DNA of 52,623 nucleotides, filler included, from Stramenopiles sp. TOSAG23-3 (lineage: Eukaryota), in assembly GCA_900128585.1 (NCBI GenBank). It is 4 parts of 4 records of this genome, joined end to end, with 100 filler letters (N's around TTAATTAATTAA, not from the genome) between each part and the next. Parts side by side here need not be neighbours in the genome. Positions count along the whole stretch, not along the records: positions 24,242 to 48,380 come from LT642311.1; 3 more parts are not named here. The stretch is one strand, 5' to 3'. Position 1 is the stretch's first letter, and every line of letters begins with the position of its first letter. Of the stretch, positions 31,281-40,800 are shown one piece after another. The translations under genes were made by a program, and so were the position numbers. The notes under the pieces were generated by a model that was not told where the DNA came from, did no database searches, and worked only from the letters and a program-made list of their open reading frames with translations.

Positions 31281-32561
31281 TTAGATTTGGTCCAATGATT
31301 CGGACAAGGCGCGGATGAGGTCTTCCGGGTCTTCGATGCCGGTGGATATGCGGATAAATCCATCGCTAACGCCTACACGGCGCCTGTCCTCTGGGATCAT
31401 GTTTGCGTGCGTCATGACGGCGCATGCAGTGATAATGGACTCGGTGGCGCCCAGGTTCTCGCACAAGGACCATGGACGTTGGATTGTATTCATCAATTTG
31501 ATTGCGGCCGTATCCCCCCCTGCGACATCGAACCACAACATGGCGCCATGAAGCCCATTGCGGTGGTACTTATCGGCCAACTCTTTCTGGGGGAAAGAGT
31601 CCAGGCCTGGATACACGACTTTCTCTACTTTGGGGTGAGACTCGAGCCATGTGGCCAGCTTCATCGCGGACGCCGATTGCTGCTTGATACGCAAGGGCAA
31701 CGTTTTCGAGGTCTGCAGGGTCAGAAATGCATTCTGGGGGCTCATGATGTTCCCGTGCATGTTTGATACCAAATGCATTCGCTCGTCCAGTTCCTGGGTT
31801 TTCGCGATGACCGCTCCACCTACTGTCATGTTGTGCCCGTCGTAAAATTTGGTGGTGCTTTGGATGACCAAGTCGGCGCCATGGTCGAGGGGGCGCACGA
31901 TCATTGGCGTGGCAAAGGTCGCATCGCATACATGGACGCAGTTGTTTTCCTTTGCAATGTCACTGATGGCCTCAATGTCGACCAATCTCAACGTTGGATT
32001 GGACGGGGTTTCACTGAAGAGCAGCTTTGTGTTTGGCTTGATAGCGTTCTTGATGGCGTCCATATCGCGCATGTCGACGAAGTCGAATTCCATGCCCAGC
32101 GGAACGAACTGCTCGCGGCACAGTCGGTTCGTTCCCCCATAGCTGGACTCGGTGATGATGCAATGGTCCCCCGCGTTCATGGTTCCAGAGATCACTGTCG
32201 TAGTTGCGGCCATGCCGGTAGAGACGCAGGTTGCACCGTAACCGTTTTCTAAGGTTGCGATCCGCGTCTCCAAGTCCTTGACGGTCGGGTTCGCCTGGCG
32301 GGAATACGAAAAGCCTTTGGCCAAGTATTCCTCCACGGAGTCCTGCACAAAGGTCGTAGATTGAAAAACTGGCGACAAGACGGCACCCGTTCTTGGGTCA
32401 GGGCTGACACCGGCATGCACAGCCTGGGTTTCGAATGAAATGTCCCCTTTCATCCACTCCCCTGCCTTCGTGGCCATCGCCGCCGTGCTCTTCGGCGTGC
32501 GGCGAAGGACCTTGTGAAGCCCAGTGGCAAGTTGCTTTACGTTCAAGCGCTGCAAAAGCAT
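31281..32561 (-). CDS. PLP-dependent Cys/Met metabolism enzyme (cystathionine gamma-lyase/gamma-synthase family) with mitochondrial-type presequence
   Basis: ETQAVHAG, PVFQSTTF, YSRQANPT, STGMAA, ETPSNP, DATFATP, PLP-lysine motif QSTTKF, ENLGATES, IRISTGIED. The N-terminus is rich in R/K/L/A and lacks acidic residues. Confidence 0.92.
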   Translation of the reverse strand: MLLQRLNVKQLATGLHKVLRRTPKSTAAMATKAGEWMKGDISFETQAVHAGVSPDPRTGAVLSPVFQSTTFVQDSVEEYLAKGFSYSRQANPTVKDLETRIATLENGYGATCVSTGMAATTTVISGTMNAGDHCIITESSYGGTNRLCREQFVPLGMEFDFVDMRDMDAIKNAIKPNTKLLFSETPSNPTLRLVDIEAISDIAKENNCVHVCDATFATPMIVRPLDHGADLVIQSTTKFYDGHNMTVGGAVIAKTQELDERMHLVSNMHGNIMSPQNAFLTLQTSKTLPLRIKQQSASAMKLATWLESHPKVEKVVYPGLDSFPQKELADKYHRNGLHGAMLWFDVAGGDTAAIKLMNTIQRPWSLCENLGATESIITACAVMTHANMIPEDRRRVGVSDGFIRISTGIEDPEDLIRALSESLDQI

Positions 32562-33897
32562 AGTTTCGAAGGTGAATGTACTTAAAAAAATAGAAAATAA
32601 TTTGCAAATTTAGTCTTTAAACAAATATCGTTGCAGGCACTTCCAAGCTAAGAATCTCCCCTCCGTTTAATTCCTGTTTCGTTCCTTCGTTATAGTTACC
32701 TGTTTCTGTTGATTGGATAACTCGATGCATTCAATCTGTCTAAATAATCAATCATCTACTACTACGTACGTAATCAATCCATACAGGGAATAATAATAAA
32801 TATAGAAGCTCTAAGAAGAAGAAGAAGAATAGTAGATTTTTTTAATTACTATACTACTTAGTCTATTATTATTATTGTGTACCATTCAGTAATAATACAT
32901 TATACACTCTTCCCTCTCCCTCCCTCCCTCCCCTAATAATACCTTGATACCACCAGAAGAAGAAGAAAAGAGAGAGAAAATGGTCGGTTCCTACGTATAT
33001 TTAGACTTTTATTGTTCGTTCGTTCGTTCTTATTCCTTTTTCTTTTTTTCTTTTATTTTTATTGCTTCTTCGGTGGTGTTCCGATAGTTGCGTCGGTCTT
33101 ATTACTCTTCTTCGCTTCTTTTCTTCTTCTCTCTTCTTCTCTCTTCTTCTACGAGGCTCCTCGTAGGAAAGAGCATTCATTCAATTTCCATTTCGATTCT
33201 TGTTTTTCACATGATTTGATTTCATTGAATAACATTGAGACGTTTCAGATTAAGATGCCTTCTTCCATAACTTAATAAGGATATATAAGCCTAAGAAGAC
33301 GACTACCAAAATGAAAATATATTGTTTTCATTATTACAAATAATATAAGTTTTATTTTTAAAATGGATATTATACCTTAATTAAGAAGAGTCTTTTTTGC
33401 TTTTCTTATTGCTTTGATATTTTTTTTATTTTGTTATTAAATTATTTTCCTATATAAAGACTACAATATACTATAAATTATGTAGTCATAATGGCATTTA
33501 TTGCTTTACCTTTTCGTGATGTTAAATATAATTTTATTGTCGTTTATAGATAGGTAAATATATTTTTATTATTACACAGTATTATTTTTAATTTGTATTA
33601 CTTACCGTAGTTATTAATACGTAGTTTAGAAGAAGAAAAAAGAAAAAAAAAAGAAAAAAAAAGAAGAAGGAGGAAGAAAAGATATTTTTTTAAGATACAT
33701 CTTCTCTCTTCTCCTCATTATTAAATTATAAAAAATCTATCTACCGACCATTGCATTTTATTTCAAAACTAGAATTCATTTTACTTCTGAATAGCGACGG
33801 AAAAATCGAGAATGAAATGATGCAAGTACGTATTGTTTATGCTCACTTTTGCTCAGTAGTTTAATCACACTTACTACCCACAAGGCAAGGCCGCAGA

Positions 33898-34992
33898 ATG
33901 GCGGCGTTCGGGGATAAACCGGGGCCACCGACAGAGGGCGACGACGATTCCAACGGGGACGCCAAGGTGGAGTTTGTATCTGATGAGACCGTAGAGTTTT
34001 TGAACAGTGTTGTGGGCCAAGTGCGCTTGGACGATGAATCTTTTCTTGGTTACATGAAGAACATGTCGTTGGGCGACCAGCAAGGAGCATTTTTGAGTGC
34101 GTTTGACAGGCGGTGTGAGGCGGAAAAAGTTGGGCAAGGGGATAGAATGGGAATACTGCTAAAGTTTTGCTGCTTCCCAGGCATGGACTCGCTGGACGAA
34201 AAGGTCCAACTCGTTAGCATTCAAATTCTTGAACATGTTGTAGATAAATCGATCCCAACGGAACTTCGTTGGTACGGAGCTCCTCTGTACGAGTTCATGA
34301 CTCGAATCTTGTCCTCGCGAAAGGAAACTGTCCTTGAGCCGTCGTTGCGGGTGGCGTTTCAAATGTCTGAAAAGTTAGAAAATAAGCTAACCCTGAGAAC
34401 AGACCTGTTTCGGTTTGTTGAGGGTGTGATTGAGTATGCCATCCACGCTACCGAGGACGTGTCCGAGGTTTACGCGGCCGGCCTCTTCCCGTTCATTGTG
34501 TCCATGGGGGTGCACACGTCAAAGTATGTATCCAAGCTGCTTCCCTGGCTCCTGGGCATGGTCAGTAGCGGGCCAATCATAGGATTGGCCATTGACAAAC
34601 CACTGGAACGGAAAGTCCAAGTGCTGAAAGCATGCAAAGCTATTGTCCAGAATTGTTGGCCGTGCCTTGGTACGTACAGAGAGAGCATCCTCTCGGCAAC
34701 ATGTCGCGGCGCACTGGTGACGTCTAACGTGGCAAAGACAAACTCTCGAAAGCGTGAATTGTGGGCACAGTACGTAGACACTGTAGATATTCTTAGAACC
34801 TTGGACGCGGCGTGGTACCGTGGAACATGTGAGCACCTCATTGAAACCCTGAAAGGAAAAGAGGTGAACGATAAAAAGCATAAATTCATCGGAACCCTGA
34901 CCTTGCTGTTGTACAAAGAAAAAAGACGGGAACCTGCCAGCGGCTCTGTCGGACGCCTTATTATTCCACATAATGAACACGCATTTGCTTAG
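33898..34992 (+). CDS. TTI2: TELO2-interacting protein 2 (TTI2)-like helical-repeat protein
   Basis: 364 aa, helical. IQILEHVVDKSIPTELRWY, SMGVHTSKYVSKL and CKAIVQNCWPCL resemble TTI2/DUF2454 segments. Confidence 0.6.
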   Translation: MAAFGDKPGPPTEGDDDSNGDAKVEFVSDETVEFLNSVVGQVRLDDESFLGYMKNMSLGDQQGAFLSAFDRRCEAEKVGQGDRMGILLKFCCFPGMDSLDEKVQLVSIQILEHVVDKSIPTELRWYGAPLYEFMTRILSSRKETVLEPSLRVAFQMSEKLENKLTLRTDLFRFVEGVIEYAIHATEDVSEVYAAGLFPFIVSMGVHTSKYVSKLLPWLLGMVSSGPIIGLAIDKPLERKVQVLKACKAIVQNCWPCLGTYRESILSATCRGALVTSNVAKTNSRKRELWAQYVDTVDILRTLDAAWYRGTCEHLIETLKGKEVNDKKHKFIGTLTLLLYKEKRREPASGSVGRLIIPHNEHAFA

Positions 34993-35175
34993 TGCATGTG
35001 TCATGCAATAGAAGCTACAGGAGGAAACTTTCCTTTTTTGCTGCCGACGCTACGGTACCAGGACATATTTCCATGATCACGAGACTTGAACGATTATTAT
35101 TATGCGGTACAGGTCCCTGTACCGTAGTACCAGGTACAATTTTGAAAATTTGGTTGGTCGCTGGTGGTGGATGGT

Positions 35176-35265
35176 GGAAAGAAGAAGAAGTGTTGTGGGA
35201 AGAAGAAGATAGAAGAGAGAAGAAGAAGAAGAAGAAAAAAAGAGAAGAAGGGAAGAAGAAGAGAC
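35176..35265 (+). repeat. (GAA)n-rich low-complexity tract
   Basis: Imperfect gaagaa repeats. Confidence 0.8.
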
Positions 35266-35567
35266 GAGAACAGGAGAGCAGCAGGCGGAGAGGAAGAAAA
35301 GTTGTTATAGTTATTATTATTTATATTTATTTTATTTTTTTTATTATTATTATTGCGAATAAATTAGAAGAAGGCCTTCTATACCTTTCTTTCTTAATGA
35401 AAAGTTTTTACATTCAAAAAAACAAATATTGAATCATGTTAGTTCGATTTGAATTACTTTATGAACACATTCGTAGGTTTCTCTGCCCTTGTTCTTAATA
35501 ATTTTTTTTCACCGTTTACTGTCCGTACAAAATTTTGTGAATCGTTTCCTTAAAGGACGAAGCGAAC

Positions 35568-37736
35568 ATGTTGCGTCTAGGCACCACCGCTGCGCGCAGG
35601 GCGGCCGGTGGGAAGATATTTTTTAGTGCTAGGCCTGCGCAATTGATAGCAACGTTTGCGAGTATGACGGACGTGGTCGACAAGGCGGGGCTCGCTTGTG
35701 AAAGCGTTCTCCCGTTCAAGATAGAATCCTCCGTGGTGAATGCCTACAAGGAGCGAACCCCCCCGTTTGGATTCAACGGTCTCGGGGAGTTGGTCTACCG
35801 CAGAACGTACGCCCGAGAGCTCCAGAACGGGGAGCAAGGGTCGGAACAGTGGTACCAGACGGTAGAAAGGGTCGTCAACGGCACGTACAACATGCAAAAG
35901 CGCTGGATACTGTCGAATGATTTGGATTGGGATGATGAGCGCGCCCAGAACTCTGCAAAAAACATGTACGGTCTCATTTTTGACATGAAATTTCTTCCCC
36001 CTGGCAGGGGGCTCTGGGCGATGGGCTCGCCCATAACAGAGGAGCGGCAGCTGTACGCCGCGTTGAACAATTGTGCCTTTGTAAGCACCCGCGTCCCAGA
36101 AGAATCCTCGGGGGAAGAGAAACCTGACCCAGCCCTTCCGTACATGTTCCTCATGGACGCCAGCATGCTTGGGGTTGGCGTGGGGTTCGATACTCACGCT
36201 GCGGGCAAGGTCGACGTCTACGCCCCGCGGGGCAGCGAGACCAACGTGTTCCCTGTGCCCGACTCACGGGAGGGGTGGGTTGAGTCCGTGAAAATGTTGC
36301 TGGACTCCTACTTCAAACCGAACGAGGAGGAAGTCCACTTTGACTACTCCCTGCTCCGTCCTGCGGGGTCGCCCATTCGAGGCTTTGGGGGGTACAGCTC
36401 GGGGTCACAAACGTTGAAGGAGCTGCACAAACGCATCCGAGGCACGCTGGACCCCCTCGGCTCGAAGACATTGACGATCACGGCGATCGTGGACCTGATG
36501 AACCACATTGGAAAGTGCGTCGTTTCGGGGAACGTTCGTCGGACGGCAGAGATTGCGTTCGGCGAGCCCGACTCGGAGGAGTACGTGGACCTTAAGAACT
36601 ACGAGGTCAACCCGCAGCGGGCAGAGTACGGGTGGACAAGCAACAACAGCGTCTTCGCGAAGCTGGGAATGTCGTACGACTCGGTCTGCGAGCGCGTGGC
36701 GGTGAACGGGGAGCCGGGTTTTGCGTGGCTCGAGAACATGAGAGCGTACGGGCGCATGGTTGACCCGCCGAACTACGCCGACTATCGCGTCATGGGCGGG
36801 AACCCCTGCCTGGAGCAATCCTTGGAGTCGTATGAAATGTGCTGCCTCGTGGAAACGTTCCCCGCCCGGCACAAAGACCTGGACGAGTACCTTCACACGC
36901 TGAAGTACGCGTACCTGTACGCCAAGTCGGTCACCTTGGGGGAGACGCACTGGGACCAGACGAACGAGGTCATGTCCAGAAACCGCAGGATAGGCTGCAG
37001 CATGAGCGGCATTGCCCAGCTCATCGCGAGGGACGGCCTGGACGCGCTGAGGGAGTGGAGCGAGGCGGGATACGAAACCGTCCAGGGCACCGACGACCGG
37101 CTCTCGTCGTGGTTCAACGTTCCACCGTCGGTAAAGACGACGTCGATCAAGCCGAGCGGCACCGTCTCCTTGCTGGCCGGGGCGACCCCAGGGATCCACT
37201 TTCCCGAGTCGCGGTTCTACATTCGAAGGGTGCGCATGGGCGCGGACTCAAACTTGCTCGCGCCCCTGGAGAGCGCTGGGTACCACATCGAGCCCGCGGT
37301 GGACAGCCCAGAGACCATGGTGGTCGTGGAAATCCCCGTCGACGCGGGCGAAAACGTGCGCACGGTCTCCGAGGTCAGCATGTGGGAGCAGCTTTCGCTG
37401 GCCGCGTTCATGCAGCGGTATTGGGCGGACAACCAAGTCAGTTGTACCGTCACGTTCGACCCAGAGACGGAACAGAAGGACTTGGCACGGGCCCTCGATG
37501 TCTTTCAGTACCAGCTGAAAGGCGTGAGCTTCTTGCCCAAACTTCCCATGGGCGCGTACGAGCAGATGCCGTACGAAGAGATATCTGAATCGGACTACAA
37601 GGAGAGAATGAAGGGGTTGGCGCCCGTAGATTTTACAGAGAGTGCGCTGAATTCAAGGGACGACACGGAGTTGAACGCAAACAATGGCGCAAACGGCCCT
37701 GACGCATTCTGTGATGGGGACAAGTGTACTATTTAA
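35568..37736 (+). CDS. nrdJ: Class II adenosylcobalamin-dependent ribonucleotide reductase, monomeric RTPR type, with mitochondrial-type presequence
   Basis: GELVYRRTYAR, FLPPGRGLW, LNNCAFV (redox Cys), GVGVGFD, VVSGNVRR, NGEPG, radical loop GGNPCLEQ, CCLVE, TSIKPSGTVSLLAG, WADNQVSCTVTF, C-terminal CDGDKC. The N-terminus MLRLGTTAARRAAGGKIFFSARPA lacks acidic residues. Confidence 0.95.
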   Translation: MLRLGTTAARRAAGGKIFFSARPAQLIATFASMTDVVDKAGLACESVLPFKIESSVVNAYKERTPPFGFNGLGELVYRRTYARELQNGEQGSEQWYQTVERVVNGTYNMQKRWILSNDLDWDDERAQNSAKNMYGLIFDMKFLPPGRGLWAMGSPITEERQLYAALNNCAFVSTRVPEESSGEEKPDPALPYMFLMDASMLGVGVGFDTHAAGKVDVYAPRGSETNVFPVPDSREGWVESVKMLLDSYFKPNEEEVHFDYSLLRPAGSPIRGFGGYSSGSQTLKELHKRIRGTLDPLGSKTLTITAIVDLMNHIGKCVVSGNVRRTAEIAFGEPDSEEYVDLKNYEVNPQRAEYGWTSNNSVFAKLGMSYDSVCERVAVNGEPGFAWLENMRAYGRMVDPPNYADYRVMGGNPCLEQSLESYEMCCLVETFPARHKDLDEYLHTLKYAYLYAKSVTLGETHWDQTNEVMSRNRRIGCSMSGIAQLIARDGLDALREWSEAGYETVQGTDDRLSSWFNVPPSVKTTSIKPSGTVSLLAGATPGIHFPESRFYIRRVRMGADSNLLAPLESAGYHIEPAVDSPETMVVVEIPVDAGENVRTVSEVSMWEQLSLAAFMQRYWADNQVSCTVTFDPETEQKDLARALDVFQYQLKGVSFLPKLPMGAYEQMPYEEISESDYKERMKGLAPVDFTESALNSRDDTELNANNGANGPDAFCDGDKCTI

Positions 37737-37841
37737 AATATACTTCGTAATATTTTAGAGTGAAGAGTCTATTTATAAAACAGGAAAATTGGCTGTTCAA
37801 GAGTCTATTAGATATTAAGCGTTTTATTTCTTCATTTTCCT

Positions 37842-40800
37842 TCAACTTTCATTTTGGAAATCTTCTTTCAGCGTTTTCTCCACCAACTCGTTTACATTGA
37901 TTTTGCTTATCATATCTTTCAGACCTGCAGACTTGCCCGCCAGCAGCGGCATTACTCCTCCAATCCCAGCACCGAAAGCAGTCCCTTCTGTGAACGCGGA
38001 AAATCCCATAAGCACAAAAATCAGTATGCACAAAAGCCATATCAAAATTCCAGCAATTGCGGGGTACATTGTAGCCTCTGTCAGGCCAATTTTTGCGAGG
38101 GACGCTTTTGTTATCTCTTTTTCGAGGAGTTTCATGCACTTTTCAAATTCTTTCATGTTTAACGTCCCAGAACCGTTGCTGTCGGATTTTGCAAACAACG
38201 CTTTGCATCTTTGGGTTGAAAGATTTAGTTTTAAATTTTCGTTGCATAAGGCAACAAACTCTCCAAAATCGACTTCCCCATCTCCACTGGTATCCACTTG
38301 CTTGAACATCGTCTTGTACTTTTCTTCCTTTGACACGGATTTGCTCTTCATTGTTTTGCTTGTGCGACTTTTTTCTACGACTGCCATAACCTTTTTTCCC
38401 CCATCAATGATCTGCATGGCTTTTCCCTTCATTTCAGGATTGTCATCAAAGATTATATCAACAAGCTGTTCGACCATGACCGTCAGTTTCTTTGGAAGTT
38501 TCTCCTTGCTCGCCGGCAGTTTTGACGCCAATTTTGCGAGCTCAATTGCTCGTGTCATTTTTGACTTTTTCCCATCCATTGCCTCTTTTTCCGGAGCACT
38601 CCCTGCGGATTTCGGTTGTCCCCTTGGGAGTTTTGCGGCAATTTGTGGGCAGTAGGCCTGTAACGCTTGCTTTAAAAAAGCAATTGCCCTTTGGGTATAT
38701 TCAGCTTTGATTATTTGAATTCCACCATTAGGTCCGTCCCATACAATCTCTGACGGCCGACCAGCGATCATTTTGTTTCGCGCGTCGTTTACAAACGCGT
38801 TGCTTTTATCGCTACTGAAAAGTATTTTTCTAATTGGCGGTATCCCAGATGTCCCCTTGGTTTGGTCTTCAAATATTAACAAACTATTGACAAAGTAATG
38901 CAGCAAACGTTTCATCTTTCGCATTCGACGCAAATCGGCATCTTCTTCGTCCCCTTCTTTCTCATCTTCTTCTTTCTCGTCTTTTTTAATCTGATTCAGT
39001 AACGCACGGGTCAACTTCCCAGTTTCCCCAGGCACAAGGCTGACAGCTCTTGTTGTGGGGTTGAATTGGTCTATCGGGGCAATCCGCATTACGCTTTTGA
39101 TCAAATCTGTTGCTTCATCGACCATGGTTGACACTCCCTTGTCATCTTTCGGTTTCTTTGAGGGGGTGTTTGAATTGAAAACACGATTCCACGACAATCC
39201 ACATATTTTCAAAAGCTTGGCTATTACAGGGCGGTACTTTTCCTTCGTTTCCTTTTCTTCTTTGGTACCAGCATTAACCCCGATAACGGCAAGCAATTGA
39301 TCAATGATTATATTTATAATCTTTTCCTGGCAAACAAGAATTTGCTTTGTTTGCTTCCCCTTTGATGCAACCAAAAGTTTGATTAATTTTGAAAACTGCT
39401 CGTCGCAGCTGTATAATATATCAATAGTAAAAAGATTTTTCACGGAATTCATTATAACAGCCGATCCACGCCGAAACTTTTTACTAACCTTGTTTTTAAG
39501 CTTGAACGCTTCCACCATCAACATATTCTTGATGGAATTAAAAGACACAAACATTAAACACGCCACCAACACGTCTTCTAGGCCAAAACTTACCCTTGAT
39601 GGCATTTTTAGACCAGTGGCGCCAGTTGAGGATTGCTCTTTCGTGCGCGAAGATTTCTTCACTTCAGGCGGTTTATTCAACGCAGTCATTGCCGTTTGCA
39701 AGAAACTTACCAATTTGTCCTTCGTTGCAGTAAATGTTTTCATATCGTCTGCGCATATTTTCATGAACCATGTTGTAAAGCGTACAAATGATGCCATGTG
39801 TGGGTTGTTCCCTGGTCTAACCAATGGCACTATTGCATGGCCTAGCTTCCCAATCGTGTCGCGTGCGTTTAAACTGTCGCTAGCGAAGCAAGCTCCCGCA
39901 AGGAGTACCACTACGTTCACCTTTTTTTTATCCGTCTCAGGGCCACAGCAATGGTTAACGACAACTTTAATAGCCAGAGCTCGAAATGCAACCAGCTGAT
40001 CATCACGTTCGCTTTGGGCTGCGCATGCAACAAAATCTTTCAGGTATGCAACACGGGGGTCCTTCAAACCTTCATTCCCAAGCTTCATAACGATGGCGTT
40101 GTCAATAGCTTTCATGCATAACACCAATTGACCCTTTTCCGTCTGAAGTGCTTTGAATATTTCTGTTGCCGTCATATCTACGCCAGCAAAGACAGGTGGC
40201 AATTTTGGCATGGCTTTTGCCAACTTTTCCTTTCCCGCTCCTGCAATTTGCTGACTTTGCTGCAGGAGTGTAGCAATAAAATCGCTCACACAGTGTTCCA
40301 GTTTTTTCATTAACTTATCGCGTTGCTTGTCAAAGTCAGAAAACATAGCTTTGATTGCACCGACCATAACCAACACTGTCGATGCAAATGCAAGCGTTCG
40401 TTCCGGTTGTATGATTGCACCTAAAACCCACCAACTTAAAACCATGCCTACGTAGGCAACAACAAGTGAGAGAATAAAGTTCAGTAGCACCAAAAATAAA
40501 AAATGGACTAAGGCATGGAACCAGTTCACCAGCTGCGGTGGTTGCACGGCTTGCAGTTTTTTGTACACATGGGTCTGTGTTTGGGAGTCTTCTTCGGAAG
40601 CGCTCACACAAGGGAAAAAGTCCGTACGATTTGCTTCGACAACGACGTAATTTTTAACTTTGCCGTCTCGGGTTATATTAACGTCCTGAATTTTAAATAT
40701 TTTGCTCTTAGATTTTTTGTCAGCAGAATCGTTGCTCACTTTTTTTCTGCACTGGCACAGAAGCTTCATAAACATCAAAAATGTGCCTAAAGCACCCTTA

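Noticed and set aside
34992-35432. 146-aa ORF between TTI2 and nrdJ
   Set aside because: It has a GTG start and translates GAA/TTA microsatellites; it is not protein-like.
34993-35567. Cobalamin riboswitch upstream of nrdJ (hairpin cggtacagg-tc-cctgtaccg at 35105-35124)
   Set aside because: No B12-box or multi-helix consensus. The region is mostly GAA/TTA low complexity, and one short hairpin is not evidence.
29167-39999. Long antisense or alternative-frame ORFs (29167-30084, 36405-37199, 36839-37588, 37897-38655, 39304-39999)
   Set aside because: They are shadows of strongly supported genes, produced by codon bias in coiled-coil or GC-rich coding DNA.
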